Notes: generated from the sequence alone by a model not told the origin. 64,000 bases of DNA from Minisyncoccota bacterium (GCA_018061145.1 JAGOUR010000001.1:875-64874), one strand, 5' to 3'; shown: positions 18,529 through 28,861, counted from the stretch's first letter. Made by a program: numbers and translations.

Positions 18529-19911
18529 ATGAACAAAAATGTATCCGCTTCTAAGAAGCTTTGGAAGCTCGGAATGAAAGAGTTTAATACTCAATATTTT
18601 GATTATAGTAAAGAGGGTGATCTGATTATCAAAGAAGGTCACAATATTTACAACGTACGATACCTTGCAGAAAAATTCGGAACATCACTAGAGATACTGA
18701 TGCCTTTTGTTGTTGAAGAGAGATTGGAGGACTTCCTTGACCTAGCAGAGAGTATGTCTAAAAAGGTGGGATACAAAGGTAAATTCTTTTACCACTATCC
18801 TATGAAAGTGAATCAGAACAAAGAGGTAGTCATGTCTATCGTGGGCGAAGGTGCGCACCTAGAGACTTCATCATTTAATGACCTATATTTGATAAAGAAG
18901 ATGCTCGAGCAAGAGACTTTCAACCCAAACATCCGTATTCTTTGTTCAGGACCTAAAACAGACAAATACATAAATCTTATCGATGATCTACAGCACAAAG
19001 GAATCAAGATATTCCCACTAATCGAGGGCCCAAATGAGCTCAAATTCCTACAGCACTCAAAATATGATGTGGGTATTCGCCTAGATATGCCAGTAAAGGC
19101 AGATTCGTACTGGAACAAGCCGATTGACCGTTTTGGTTTTTCTGCAAAAGAAATACTAGAGATGGGTAGCTTCAAAAATCTAAAGATTGTTCACTACCAC
19201 ATTGGCTCACAAATTGAAAAATTGTCTGACGTCCTGGGTCCTATAAAGTATGCATTGGATGTGTACTTTAAACTCAAGGAAAAGAATCCGTCTCTAGATA
19301 CATTAGATATCGGTGGAGGTATGCCTATTCCATATACTCGCACAAAGAGTTATCCTATAGACAAGCTAATGGAAAAGGTTTTCGAATTGATCAAGAAAGA
19401 ATCTGAAAAGCATGAGATGCCTCAGCCAAACCTAGTATGTGAATGGGGTCGCTATATAGTAGCTCCTGCACAGATCACAGTTTTCAAGATTATCGATACA
19501 AAAACAATAAACCACAAAAAAGCTGCTGCAAAGAAATGGTATGTGATAGACGGTAGCTTTATGAATGACCTCCTAGACACTTGGGCAATAGGTCAAAAAT
19601 GGTCTATAGCTCCAGTCTCAGCCAAGAGAGATCATAAATTAAACGACGTATGGCTAGCAGGATCGTCTTGTGATTCCGATGACATATACACTGGGGTAAA
19701 TGGCACAGTTTCATTGCCAGATTATGATTCCAATGAAGGTGGAGACCCTATGTACATAGCAGTATTCGATACTGGTGCATACCAGGATCCTCTAGCGGCG
19801 CACCATTGTATGCTATCCTCACCAGCAAAGATCATAATAGAGAATGGTCACGTAGTAATAGCTCGTAAGAGAGAAACTCCCGAAGATGTAGGTAAAGACT
19901 TTGGTTGGTAG
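18529..19911 (+). CDS. speA: PLP-dependent arginine decarboxylase-like enzyme (SpeA-like, alanine-racemase-fold Orn/Lys/Arg decarboxylase family)
   Basis: YPMKVNQ (PLP-lysine region as in SpeA YPIKVNQ), HYHIGSQI and LDIGGGMPIPY motifs. Confidence 0.6.
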   Translation: MNKNVSASKKLWKLGMKEFNTQYFDYSKEGDLIIKEGHNIYNVRYLAEKFGTSLEILMPFVVEERLEDFLDLAESMSKKVGYKGKFFYHYPMKVNQNKEVVMSIVGEGAHLETSSFNDLYLIKKMLEQETFNPNIRILCSGPKTDKYINLIDDLQHKGIKIFPLIEGPNELKFLQHSKYDVGIRLDMPVKADSYWNKPIDRFGFSAKEILEMGSFKNLKIVHYHIGSQIEKLSDVLGPIKYALDVYFKLKEKNPSLDTLDIGGGMPIPYTRTKSYPIDKLMEKVFELIKKESEKHEMPQPNLVCEWGRYIVAPAQITVFKIIDTKTINHKKAAAKKWYVIDGSFMNDLLDTWAIGQKWSIAPVSAKRDHKLNDVWLAGSSCDSDDIYTGVNGTVSLPDYDSNEGGDPMYIAVFDTGAYQDPLAAHHCMLSSPAKIIIENGHVVIARKRETPEDVGKDFGW

Positions 19912-19913
19912 AG

Positions 19914-19942
19914 AGAAATCCCCAGAAATGGGGATTTTTTTA
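19914..19942 (+). terminator. Rho-independent terminator
   Basis: aaatcccc-agaaat-ggggattt plus T7 run. Confidence 0.8.
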
Positions 19943-20028
19943 TTGTGTAATAATATCACTGTTATATAATATATGTATTAGTAGTAGTTTAATCATTGAC
20001 ACCTAAAAAGTGCCAATAAAATTTAATT

Positions 20029-20973
20029 ATGCAAAAAAAATTTATTAAAAAGTACGCACTCTTAGCCATTTTTGGTTTAATGTTTTATTCTGGAGTAGTG
20101 AATGCAGAAGAAAATTCAACATCCTCAAATGATGACTCTCAGAAAAGCGAAGTTGAGGTAGAACATGCTGATGGTGAGGATATAGATGATATGAATGACG
20201 ATCGCCTAAGATTTAAGGGAAAGATAGAAGACAGAAAAATACAATTTGAACAAAAGGCAGAGGATCGAAAAATCAAAATGGAAGAAAAGAAGGTTAATTT
20301 TGATAAAAAGATAGAAGATAGAAAAATAAAAATTACAGAGAAAGCAGGAGAGAAAAAAGTCGAGATAGAAGCAAAGAGGGAAGAGATGTTGAAAAATGTC
20401 CTAGAAAAGAGAAAGGAGTTTGAGGTAAAGAAAGAAGAGATGAAGACAGAGATGAAAGCCAAAGCCGAAGCAGCAAAAGAAGCGCTGAAAAAATCACTAG
20501 GTGCGATAAAAGACGAGAAGAAAAAAGCTTCAGTTGAAAATATTGCAAACATAATAGATAATGCAAATAAGAATACTGGCACACGATTTACGAATACTGT
20601 CAATAGTGTTGAAAATGTATTAGTTTCTATTAAGTCTAGATCAGAAAAAGTTGGGGCTACTGGCGCAGACACTACACTTGCTCTAGCTGAGATAGCAAAA
20701 GCAGAGACTCTCATATCTGATGCTCGCACAGCTATATCTACTCAGTCAGCAAAAGTTTACACTATAGATATCACAGATCCTACAAAAGCCAAAGAAACCA
20801 TGAAGTCTACTCGTGACACCTTCAATGCAGACATAAAAGCTGTCCAAGAAAAGGTAAAGCTAGCTCGTGATGGAGTAAAGAAAGCAGCAGATGTCCTAAA
20901 GAAGACAACACCAAAACAAGCCCCAGCAACAGCACCCGCTACAACAGAAGCTACAGTAAACACAACAAATTAA
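20029..20973 (+). CDS. Secreted low-complexity repeat protein (K/E-rich, KIEDRKIK repeats)
   Basis: Signal peptide ending VVNA-EE, 11-residue KxEDRKIK repeats, PATAPATTEAT tail. Confidence 0.5.
   Translation: MQKKFIKKYALLAIFGLMFYSGVVNAEENSTSSNDDSQKSEVEVEHADGEDIDDMNDDRLRFKGKIEDRKIQFEQKAEDRKIKMEEKKVNFDKKIEDRKIKITEKAGEKKVEIEAKREEMLKNVLEKRKEFEVKKEEMKTEMKAKAEAAKEALKKSLGAIKDEKKKASVENIANIIDNANKNTGTRFTNTVNSVENVLVSIKSRSEKVGATGADTTLALAEIAKAETLISDARTAISTQSAKVYTIDITDPTKAKETMKSTRDTFNADIKAVQEKVKLARDGVKKAADVLKKTTPKQAPATAPATTEATVNTTN
20215..20370 (+). repeat. Approximately 33-nt imperfect tandem repeats inside the coding sequence
   Basis: Repeated agatagaagacagaaaaat(a/c)aaa units encoding KIEDRKIx; not a CRISPR array (no conserved spacer-repeat architecture). 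Confidence 0.6.
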
Positions 20974-20999
20974 TATAATTAAAAAGATAATATAAAAAT

Positions 21000-21239
21000 A
21001 TGAATAAAAATAAATTAATTATTGGAGCTATTGTGTTGATAATAGTTATAGCAGGTCTTGCTTATTATGCGTCTACACAAAAAGAAAGGATGACTCAAAA
21101 GGAAGAAGTAAATACGTTAGACCAAATGACAGAGTCTGACACAACAGAATCTATCGATTCATCTCTAAAAGAGATAGATATCGAATCTGGGCTAGATGTA
21201 GACATGGAATCCATTGATAAAGAGCTAAAAGTTCTATAA
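21000..21239 (+). CDS. Small membrane-anchored acidic protein
   Basis: N-terminal TM helix (LIIGAIVLIIVIAGLAYY) and an acidic C-terminus. Confidence 0.3.
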   Translation: MNKNKLIIGAIVLIIVIAGLAYYASTQKERMTQKEEVNTLDQMTESDTTESIDSSLKEIDIESGLDVDMESIDKELKVL

Positions 21240-21251
21240 TATGTTATATTT

Positions 21252-21278
21252 AAAAGGCATCCAATTGGATGCTTTTTA
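21252..21278 (+). terminator. Rho-independent terminator
   Basis: gcatcc-aatt-ggatgc plus T-run. Confidence 0.7.
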
Positions 21279-21283
21279 AATAT

Positions 21284-22534
21284 ATGAGTATGAACAACAA
21301 TCTAGATTTTGATGTGATTGTGGTCGGTGGTGGCGCCTCAGGGATGATGGCGGCTATTACAGCTGCACGTGCAGGACGAAAAGTATGCATAATCGAAAAG
21401 AATAAAAAGCTTGGTGAGAAATTAAAGATAACAGGTGGTGGTAGGTGCAATGTGACAAATGCCGAAGAAGACATACACAAGCTACTATCTATATATGGAG
21501 ATGCAAAAGACTTTTTATACTCTCCATTTTCTCAATTTAGCAACATGGATACTTTTAAATTCTTTGAAGATTTAGGATTGCCACTAGTAGTACAGGCGCG
21601 CAAGCGTGCTTTTCCTCATACAGAGAAAGCGGTAGATGTATTGAACGTAATGGAAAAAGAAGTAAAGAAGCTCAACATTCATTTGGTTATGGGCAATGCG
21701 GTTCGCAATATAATCCACACAGAATCTAGAATTAAAAAAGTAGAAACAGCAAAAGGTTCATATAGCGCGGAATCATTTATAATTTCTACCGGCGGATTGT
21801 CACATCCAGAAACCGGATCTACTGGTGATGGATTCAACTTCCTTCGGGATCTAGGTCATAAAGTAAAAAATCCTACTCCTACAATAGTGCCACTAGCTGT
21901 AGTGGATAATTGGGTCAAGGAGCTTGCTGGAGTATCTGTAGACCTTATGAAGATTACGTTTTATCTTGATGATAAAAAATCTTTTTCAAAGAAAGGGAAG
22001 ATACTCTTTACTCATTTTGGGCTATCTGGGCCATTGATACTAAATTCTTCAGCTCAAGTCCAAGAATTACTATACGACGGTATAGTAACTGCAAAGATAG
22101 ACCTATACCCAGATCACGACATAGCAATGCTAGACAAAAAAATTCTAAAAATATTTGATGAGAATAAAAATAAAAATTTTGGAACTATTTTTAAATTGAT
22201 AGCCCCAGAGGGGATGCATAAATCTCTTCATTCACTATTTACATATATAGATTTTGATACAAAGGTACATAGTGTATCCAAAGAAGACAGAAGAAAAATA
22301 ATAGACACATTGAAGGCATTGCCGATCGAGATAGAGGGTCTGATGGGCTACGAGCGCGCTGTAGTGGCTGATGGAGGCGTCACTCTGACCGAGATAGATA
22401 TGAAAACCATGAATTCAAAGATCATAAAAAATTTATTTGTGACAGGGGACTTGCTAGACATAAACAGACGATCAGGAGGATTCTCACTACAACTCTGCTG
22501 GACTACAGGATATGTAGCTGGTAAAAATGCATAA
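21284..22534 (+). CDS. FAD-dependent oxidoreductase, HI0933/aminoacetone oxidase family
   Basis: DVIVVGGGASGMMAAI Rossmann motif and ITGGGRCNVTN. The upstream in-frame ATG at 21269 lies inside the terminator hairpin, so the start is placed at 21284. Confidence 0.7.
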   Translation: MSMNNNLDFDVIVVGGGASGMMAAITAARAGRKVCIIEKNKKLGEKLKITGGGRCNVTNAEEDIHKLLSIYGDAKDFLYSPFSQFSNMDTFKFFEDLGLPLVVQARKRAFPHTEKAVDVLNVMEKEVKKLNIHLVMGNAVRNIIHTESRIKKVETAKGSYSAESFIISTGGLSHPETGSTGDGFNFLRDLGHKVKNPTPTIVPLAVVDNWVKELAGVSVDLMKITFYLDDKKSFSKKGKILFTHFGLSGPLILNSSAQVQELLYDGIVTAKIDLYPDHDIAMLDKKILKIFDENKNKNFGTIFKLIAPEGMHKSLHSLFTYIDFDTKVHSVSKEDRRKIIDTLKALPIEIEGLMGYERAVVADGGVTLTEIDMKTMNSKIIKNLFVTGDLLDINRRSGGFSLQLCWTTGYVAGKNA

Positions 22535-22624
22535 ACTAGACAGAGCTTAATATGTGACATCTAATACATCATGCCATTGACGGTATGGTGTATTTTGTAT
22601 TATAATACAAAAAAATTTCACATT

Positions 22625-23236
22625 ATGAATACACCCAAAAACCAAGGTCCGCTACAGGATCTTTTAGACAAATTGTTTTCTGGATATGTTAAGAGTCCGC
22701 TCTGTGGAATCTGCTTTGAATTTACAAAAGATAAAGATGGTGAACTGAGAGTCTTTACAATGAAAAAACAAACAGACCAGGACGAATTAATATCTTATGA
22801 GTCCAACGAGATTGACCCAACATTAAGAAAATTTCACATACCAAACAGAGGTATCGTAAAAAAAGAAGATGAAAATACCAGTAGAATTTATCATCCAAAT
22901 AAATTTTTATTACTAGTAGAACCATCCAAGAGATTCAAGACAATGCTAGAATCAGTATCAGAGATTGAACACACAGTACTGATAAGCGAACTAGTAAAGC
23001 ACCACTGGTTGTACCACTCTGAAGTATTTCCTCAAAGACAAGAAGGTCCAACTGAGCTATCTATGCAGTTCAAGTCTCTTAAGTTTTCATATGGATACAT
23101 AGGTGATTATCCATACACTATGAAAACTGAAAAGGACCAGAAAATTTACCTTAGCATCTATGAGGGGATTGAAGTATTCAAAGAATTAGATCCAGACCAT
23201 GACAAAATTCCATTAATAGGAAAACAGTCTAAGTAG
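22625..23236 (+). CDS. Hypothetical protein
   Basis: Intact ORF; the longer ORF starts at 22571; no recognisable motif. Confidence 0.35.
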   Translation: MNTPKNQGPLQDLLDKLFSGYVKSPLCGICFEFTKDKDGELRVFTMKKQTDQDELISYESNEIDPTLRKFHIPNRGIVKKEDENTSRIYHPNKFLLLVEPSKRFKTMLESVSEIEHTVLISELVKHHWLYHSEVFPQRQEGPTELSMQFKSLKFSYGYIGDYPYTMKTEKDQKIYLSIYEGIEVFKELDPDHDKIPLIGKQSK

Positions 23237-23247
23237 GAATCAGACAC

Positions 23248-23292
23248 TCAACGCGGGCGCAGGATTATATATCTTGTTCCGCGTTGTTTTTT
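23248..23292 (+). terminator. Putative terminator (large loop)
   Basis: aacgcgg ... ccgcgtt stem followed by a T6 run. Confidence 0.4.
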
Positions 23293-23387
23293 ATATGTAA
23301 TGTCGTAAAAGATATATTGTGCGACACTCACATATAAAAAACACCTATGAAAAAAGGACTTTTCAGCCCTTCCCTCAATATATTATT

Positions 23388-24320
23388 TTAAGAATCTAGA
23401 CCATTAATACATGCATTGAATTTAATTACCTGCATATTATAATCTTCAATCTGGGACTTTAATTTCTGGAGCAGTGAATTATAAGAGGACGCTAGGGAAT
23501 TGTAATCATTAATTTGCTCATTTGTGGTTTTACCCCCATACACTCCCCCGCTGTCTATATTATTCTTTTGGGTATCCAATTCCTTTTGATAATTATCTAT
23601 TTTTTTCTGATTTAGACTGATAGCAGTATCTAGTACTTTGTCTATACTAGGACACAGGCTCTTTGGTGTACCAAAATGTTGTACTGCCATCCACACATTG
23701 CGACCATTGTATTTACCTTGACCCACGGCTATGCCGATCTCTGTATATTTAGAATTGAGGATGTTTGCTCTGTGTCCTGGGCTATCCATCCATGCTTTAA
23801 CTAGATCATAATTATCTTTAAAATTTCCGAGGGCTAGATTTTCGCCAATCACTATATACTCGTATCCTACCTGATTACCCAGATCTCCCACTCCTTTACC
23901 TCCAGGAGAATTGTGTTCAAAGTATTGCTTTTCGAACATGTCTTTTACTTTAATCTCAGCAGAAGTATTTAATTTTTTATTTAGAGAAAGTGGGGGTAGA
24001 TCTGAAGTGTCTTTTCTAAAAACATTTGTAGAATTTAGTATGCCTCCTACCGTCAGAGATTGATTGTTGATCGTACCTGTGATTAGTGGGTCTATGACTC
24101 GCAGAGGCTCTGGCTCATTCACAATCTTTTTGATGATGTCTATCTTTGACTGAGGCTCTGGGTTTAGGTCAAATACGGGGCTAGTATCAGACTTTAAATC
24201 AACATTATTCTCATCGATAAAAGAGAGGGTATGCACATACAAGTCTTTTATCTCTACCCTATATGAGTAAAAAAGCATAGAAACCAATACTATTATGATT
24301 ATATTTGAAAGTGTGCGCAT
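23388..24320 (-). CDS. Secreted CAP/SCP (YkwD-like) domain protein
   Basis: N-terminal signal/TM. CAP-domain motifs HFTQIVW-like (HFGTP), SPGHRANIL, GENLA. Confidence 0.6.
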   Translation of the reverse strand: MRTLSNIIIIVLVSMLFYSYRVEIKDLYVHTLSFIDENNVDLKSDTSPVFDLNPEPQSKIDIIKKIVNEPEPLRVIDPLITGTINNQSLTVGGILNSTNVFRKDTSDLPPLSLNKKLNTSAEIKVKDMFEKQYFEHNSPGGKGVGDLGNQVGYEYIVIGENLALGNFKDNYDLVKAWMDSPGHRANILNSKYTEIGIAVGQGKYNGRNVWMAVQHFGTPKSLCPSIDKVLDTAISLNQKKIDNYQKELDTQKNNIDSGGVYGGKTTNEQINDYNSLASSYNSLLQKLKSQIEDYNMQVIKFNACINGLDS

Positions 24321-24400
24321 TTGATTTATATTATAAATATACTATATATTTTAGCATTTTTAGGGATATTTCCCATATAAAACAAGGCCCCATCTACCCC

Positions 24401-24429
24401 TTGATTTTATCAGAGAATTCAGGTATACT
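24401..24429 (+). promoter_or_regulatory. Sigma-70-like promoter of rpmA
   Basis: TTGATT-17 nt-TATACT, 77 nt upstream of the ATG. Confidence 0.5.
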
Positions 24430-24505
24430 AATACAAGTTTAATTATAAGGTATTTATCAAAAGTTTTCTAGGCTTTATGGCCCTGAAAACATATGTTTTA
24501 ACATT

Positions 24506-24778
24506 ATGGCACATAGGAAAGCTGGCGGTAGCGCTAAAAACTTAACAGATTCAAATCCAAAGTATCTAGGTACTAAGCTTTATGCTGGTCAAACTGCAAA
24601 AGCTGGTTCAATCATCATTCGTCAGCGTGGTACAAAAATCTTAGCTGGTACAAATGTTGATACAGGAAAAGATCATACCCTTTTTGCACTCAAAGAAGGT
24701 AAAATTAAATTTACAACAAAAAGAAAAATAAACTTTAACGGAACTACTTCAGTTAAAAAAGTTGTAAACGTAATATAA
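24506..24778 (+). CDS. rpmA: 50S ribosomal protein L27
   Basis: MAHRKAGGS...NPKYLG...IIIRQRGTK...GKDHTLFA. Confidence 0.9.
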   Translation: MAHRKAGGSAKNLTDSNPKYLGTKLYAGQTAKAGSIIIRQRGTKILAGTNVDTGKDHTLFALKEGKIKFTTKRKINFNGTTSVKKVVNVI

Positions 24779-24779
24779 T

Positions 24780-24809
24780 AAAAAACCTCTCGTGTGAGAG
24801 GTTTTTTAT
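24780..24809. terminator. Bidirectional terminator between rpmA and rplI
   Basis: aaaacctctc-gtgt-gagaggtttt. Confidence 0.8.
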
Positions 24810-24812
24810 TAT

Positions 24813-25256
24813 CTATTTGTTTATTATTTGAATTTTGCACTCCCCTATTTCGTCACCTTTTTTAATCTTAAAAGAATGACTTCCCAATTCTTTTATTGGA
24901 TTCGGTATGACGATAGAATGATCGTCTACAATATTACCAGTTTTTTCTTTTATTAATTTTACGAGATCTTTTGGGGAAACAGCAGAAAATAGGTGTCCTT
25001 TTTCATTTGCTTTTATGGTCAATGATAGTGATTCATTATTTATCTTGTCTACCATACTATGGAATATAGCCACTTCTTCATCGTGCTTTTTCTGCATAGA
25101 TTTTTTCTTGCTCTCTACTACAGCTATAGCATTGGGAGTAGCGAGCTCCGCTAGGCCTTTTGCTATTAAGACATTGCGAGCGTATCCATCTGCAAATTCT
25201 TTAATATCATATTTTTTACCAATCTTTTGTATGTCTGCCAATAATATAACTTTCAT
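24813..25256 (-). CDS. rplI: 50S ribosomal protein L9
   Basis: MKVILLADIQKIGKKYDIKEFADGYARNVLI N-terminal domain. Confidence 0.85.
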   Translation of the reverse strand: MKVILLADIQKIGKKYDIKEFADGYARNVLIAKGLAELATPNAIAVVESKKKSMQKKHDEEVAIFHSMVDKINNESLSLTIKANEKGHLFSAVSPKDLVKLIKEKTGNIVDDHSIVIPNPIKELGSHSFKIKKGDEIGECKIQIINK

Positions 25257-25380
25257 CCCATTAGAAGTAGATAATCTTTAGATTATCGTACATTATTTAA
25301 CTAATAATATCGAATATAAATAATTTTTTTAAATAGACCCCGTAGCTAAAACAACATATATGACTTCTAACGGGATTCAT
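25252..25380 (-). mobile_element. MITE-like element copy A (129 bp including the ATGAA target duplications) inserted at the rplI start codon
   Basis: On the minus strand: ATGAAT-CCCGTTAGAAGT ... CTTCTAATGGG-ATGAAA. Internal gataatc-taaa-gattatc hairpin. Creates a 27-codon mini-ORF MNPVRSHICCF... at 25297-25380. Confidence 0.5.
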
Positions 25381-25418
25381 ATATAGAATATAACACTATA
25401 AAATAGCTCATGCAAATA

Positions 25419-25449
25419 TGAAAAATGAGACTCTGGGAGTCTCATTTTT
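25419..25449 (-). terminator. Rho-independent terminator after ctpA
   Basis: aatgagactc-tgg-gagtctcatt with a flanking T-run on the minus strand. Confidence 0.8.
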
Positions 25450-26676
25450 CTACTTACCTTTTAATATTTCTACTGCTTTTTCTAGCTGAGGATCTTTTTT
25501 GTCCAGTAAATCTTTTTCTGTTATCGGGACTATATGATCCGGAGTCAAACCCTTTTCAGATATTGAATCTCCATTTGGAGTCAACCATCGAGCGACAGTG
25601 ACCTTTAGAGACGTGTCATCTGTGATATCGATGACCTCTTGAACAGAACCTTTACCGAAGGTCTTCTCTCCTACTAGAGTAGCTAATCCATTTTGTTGTA
25701 GGGCGCCGGCAAGGATCTCTGAGGCAGAAGCAGAACCTCCATCTACCAATATCACCAATTTTAATTGATCAGTAAATACTCTTGGGCCACGACTTTTTAT
25801 AACATCAGATTTTCTTTTGTCTCCATAATCTTCAGTAACAATAATTTTTCCAGCATCAAGGAACCAATTTGAAATGTTCACAGCAGAATCAAGATATCCA
25901 CCGGGATTGCCTCGCAGGTCTACCACCAATTTGTTGTATCCTGTCTTACTAAAATCCAACAATGCTTTCCTAAAAAGTTCAGCTGAATTCTCAGAGAAGC
26001 TATATAGACTGATGACAAAGACACCATCATCGCGAGCCTCGGTATCGATAGTAGGTATCTCTATCGTGTCACGAGTTATAGATATGTCTCGTGAAGTTTT
26101 TTCTCCCTTACGGTAAATATTTAGATTAACAACTGTACCCTTTTCTCCTCGAATCAGACTTATAGCTTTGTCGACAGTCATATCTGTAGTATCAGTCTTG
26201 CCTATCTTCAATATCTTGTCTCCTGATTTCAGCCCAGCTCTAAATGCGGGTGAATCTTTCAATGGGGCAACTATCGTCAAAATCTTATCTTTTATACTAA
26301 TCTCAGCTCCGATTCCGCCAAACGAACCATGAATACTATCATTGAATAACTTACTCTCTTCGGGTGGGAAAAATACTGTATATGGATCTCCTAGCGAAGA
26401 TGCTAGTCCTTGGACTGCGCCCCACACCTTTTCTTGATCTGTTTTTTTGTTTGCATAGATAGATTTTTCATTTATCTTTTGCCATACTTTCCAAAAAGGA
26501 GCAAAATCTGCATTCGTAGATACCGTGGAGTCTGTAGAGTTTGTAATATTTATTATAGGCACTGGCTCTGGCTGATTTTTATTGCCGAGAAAGTATCCAC
26601 CAGCAAAAACACCTACTATCAAAATAACAGAAGTAGCGATAAATAAATATTTTTGTTTAAAATTTATTTGTACCAT
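25450..26676 (-). CDS. ctpA: Carboxyl-terminal processing protease (S41)
   Basis: PDZ segment plus S41 motif LVILVDGGSASASEILAGALQ; N-terminal TM. Confidence 0.85.
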   Translation of the reverse strand: MVQINFKQKYLFIATSVILIVGVFAGGYFLGNKNQPEPVPIINITNSTDSTVSTNADFAPFWKVWQKINEKSIYANKKTDQEKVWGAVQGLASSLGDPYTVFFPPEESKLFNDSIHGSFGGIGAEISIKDKILTIVAPLKDSPAFRAGLKSGDKILKIGKTDTTDMTVDKAISLIRGEKGTVVNLNIYRKGEKTSRDISITRDTIEIPTIDTEARDDGVFVISLYSFSENSAELFRKALLDFSKTGYNKLVVDLRGNPGGYLDSAVNISNWFLDAGKIIVTEDYGDKRKSDVIKSRGPRVFTDQLKLVILVDGGSASASEILAGALQQNGLATLVGEKTFGKGSVQEVIDITDDTSLKVTVARWLTPNGDSISEKGLTPDHIVPITEKDLLDKKDPQLEKAVEILKGK

Positions 26677-26685
26677 AAAGATTGA

Positions 26686-27888
26686 TTAATTCTGCACTTT
26701 AAGAGCAGTAGGAGTATATATATTTTTAGGATCCCATAGCATCCAGCCACCCACCTCTAGCTTCTCGGTAGCGTCTATCTGAGCTTTTACCATAGTAGCA
26801 TCATAATTCGCACCTAGGTCAAAATCTTGGAGCCATGGACGGATTTTTGTCTTTGGTAGACCCATAGCTTCTGTTTTCTTTATTGCACCTACTATGGAAT
26901 TATTTATTACAGTACCAGGATTAGCAGCAGGATTCTTTAATCCATACTGACCCGCTGGGTAGTGAGACGGATATACCATAGGAGATATGTAGTCAAAGTG
27001 AGGAATTATCTTTTCCCATAATTGACCGATACCCATATCGTCTTTTGCCTCAGTAGTCAGGCCGAATACATCAGCAGACATCATGATGGGATTCTCTTTT
27101 TTTACTTCAGCATTTAGATTTGTAAAAAACTTCTCAAGGTTATCAGAACGAGTCACACCTTCTTTTAATTTATAATTAATATCTTTCATGTTTCCGTCAG
27201 ATGGATATCGAATATAGTCAAAATTTATCTCATCAAAACCAACAGCATACGAAGCTCTTGCAATGGCTACAGTATAATGCAGGACTTCCTCTCGTGCAGG
27301 ATCAAGGAATGATAAACCTTTTCTGTCTTTCCAAACCTTGCCATCACTCTTGCGAGTTATAGCCCATTCTGGTTTTTTTGCTGTTAGATATGAATCCTGA
27401 AACACAGACACGCGCCCGATAACATAGATATTTTTCTTGTGTAAATCTTCGATAAAAGTAGCCATATCACGAACACGATTCTCAACTGAGCCTAACTCAT
27501 TGATAAAAGGATCATCTGTCTTGAATGACACTCTTCCTGTGGCGTCTTTTATGTCTATTACGACAGAATTCAGCTCGGTCTTGTCTACAATATCCACGAG
27601 CCTTGATCTCTTACTAGGTACCCCGGCTATCCAGCTGGACATATAGAGGGCTTTTACTTTTTCTGGTGTAGTTATATGTGTGGCTATTATAGGAGTCGCA
27701 GCATTTTCTGGTGTAGATATAGTACCCACGGATGCAGAAGAATCCGAAACAGAAGCTATATTCAAGTCATCCACATGGGGTAAATTATTTTTATAAGAAA
27801 TAAACAAATAAGACAAGAAAAAGACCAATACGACGATCAGTAGTGTTATAAAAATTTTAAAATGTCTTCGTTTTATTATGATAGCCAT
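26686..27888 (-). CDS. Putative glycoside hydrolase-like TIM-barrel protein (DUF4015/GHL family), membrane-anchored
   Basis: N-terminal TM; motifs VVIDIKD, GFDEINFDYIRYP. Confidence 0.4.
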   Translation of the reverse strand: MAIIIKRRHFKIFITLLIVVLVFFLSYLFISYKNNLPHVDDLNIASVSDSSASVGTISTPENAATPIIATHITTPEKVKALYMSSWIAGVPSKRSRLVDIVDKTELNSVVIDIKDATGRVSFKTDDPFINELGSVENRVRDMATFIEDLHKKNIYVIGRVSVFQDSYLTAKKPEWAITRKSDGKVWKDRKGLSFLDPAREEVLHYTVAIARASYAVGFDEINFDYIRYPSDGNMKDINYKLKEGVTRSDNLEKFFTNLNAEVKKENPIMMSADVFGLTTEAKDDMGIGQLWEKIIPHFDYISPMVYPSHYPAGQYGLKNPAANPGTVINNSIVGAIKKTEAMGLPKTKIRPWLQDFDLGANYDATMVKAQIDATEKLEVGGWMLWDPKNIYTPTALKVQN

Positions 27889-27889
27889 A

Positions 27890-28105
27890 TTATTGATTTA
27901 TGTTTGCACTTTCTACAAATGATTGCATGTGATTTTCTTCACTCAAAATTCTCTTTTTTGCGCTCTTGTAAAAGTGATAACCAATAAATGACACTAGCAG
28001 ACCAAAGACACTAATAAATAGTGACCTGAAAAAACTAGGTATTCCCATGTAAGGCAAAATAGCGATTAATATTCCTACGATTAAAAGTATGCGTTCTTTT
28101 CTCAT
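27890..28105 (-). CDS. Small two-TM membrane protein
   Basis: 71-aa ORF with hydrophobic helices. Confidence 0.3.
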   Translation of the reverse strand: MRKERILLIVGILIAILPYMGIPSFFRSLFISVFGLLVSFIGYHFYKSAKKRILSEENHMQSFVESANINQ

Positions 28106-28123
28106 TATTTGATTATAAACTAT

Positions 28124-28813
28124 TTAAGAACGAGCTACAATGACGACGAATTCTCCGCGAACTTTATCTGTATTTTTTGTAAAGTAGTCAAGGGTATAAG
28201 AGGCGTCACCTTTTATAAATTGCTCGAAAGTCTTGGTCAATTCACGACAAACTACAACTGTACGCTTTTCATCGAGTACACTCGATAGTGATTCGAGAGT
28301 CTTCATTATCCTATGACTTGATTCATAGAATACATAAGTGCGATCATTCCCTGCAATTTCCTTAAACAGAGTCTCTCTCCCCTTTTTGTGAGGCAAGAAT
28401 CCGAGGAATATAAAATCGGCAGCAGATACACCAGAAGCAGAGATAGCAGATACCAGAGCACTAGCCCCTGGTATAGGTACTACACGAGCTTCGGAACCAA
28501 AAGATTCATATACTTGGGCGACTAACATCACACCTGGGTCTGATATACATGGAGTACCAGCATCAGATACCAGTGCGAGATTTTTACCCTCTTCTAGCAT
28601 TTGAATAATTACATTTTCTTTATTCTTTGTACTGTGGGCGTGGTAACTCACACATTTTGTATGTATATCGTATTTATTGAGGAGTACGCGTGTAGTTCGA
28701 GTATCCTCGCATAGTATAGTATCTACCTCTCCTAGTATGCGAATAGCCCGGAGGGTCATATCCTCGAGATTACCGATCGGTGTCGCTACTATGTATAGTG
28801 TGCCTTTTTCCAT
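28124..28813 (-). CDS. rsmI: 16S rRNA (cytidine1402-2'-O)-methyltransferase RsmI
   Basis: GTLYIVATPIGNLEDMTLRA and CEDTRTTRVLL motifs. The start is set at MEKGTLY; the ORF extends to 28858. Confidence 0.85.
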   Translation of the reverse strand: MEKGTLYIVATPIGNLEDMTLRAIRILGEVDTILCEDTRTTRVLLNKYDIHTKCVSYHAHSTKNKENVIIQMLEEGKNLALVSDAGTPCISDPGVMLVAQVYESFGSEARVVPIPGASALVSAISASGVSAADFIFLGFLPHKKGRETLFKEIAGNDRTYVFYESSHRIMKTLESLSSVLDEKRTVVVCRELTKTFEQFIKGDASYTLDYFTKNTDKVRGEFVVIVARS

Positions 28814-28861
28814 ATGTGGATTATATAGCAAAAAGGCATAAAAACCAATCATAAGCATAAA

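Noticed and set aside
20215-20370. Tandem ~33-nt repeats that could be mistaken for a CRISPR array.
   Set aside because: They lie inside an intact ORF and encode KxEDRKIK peptide repeats. Units are imperfect and contiguous with no unique spacers, and there are no cas genes.
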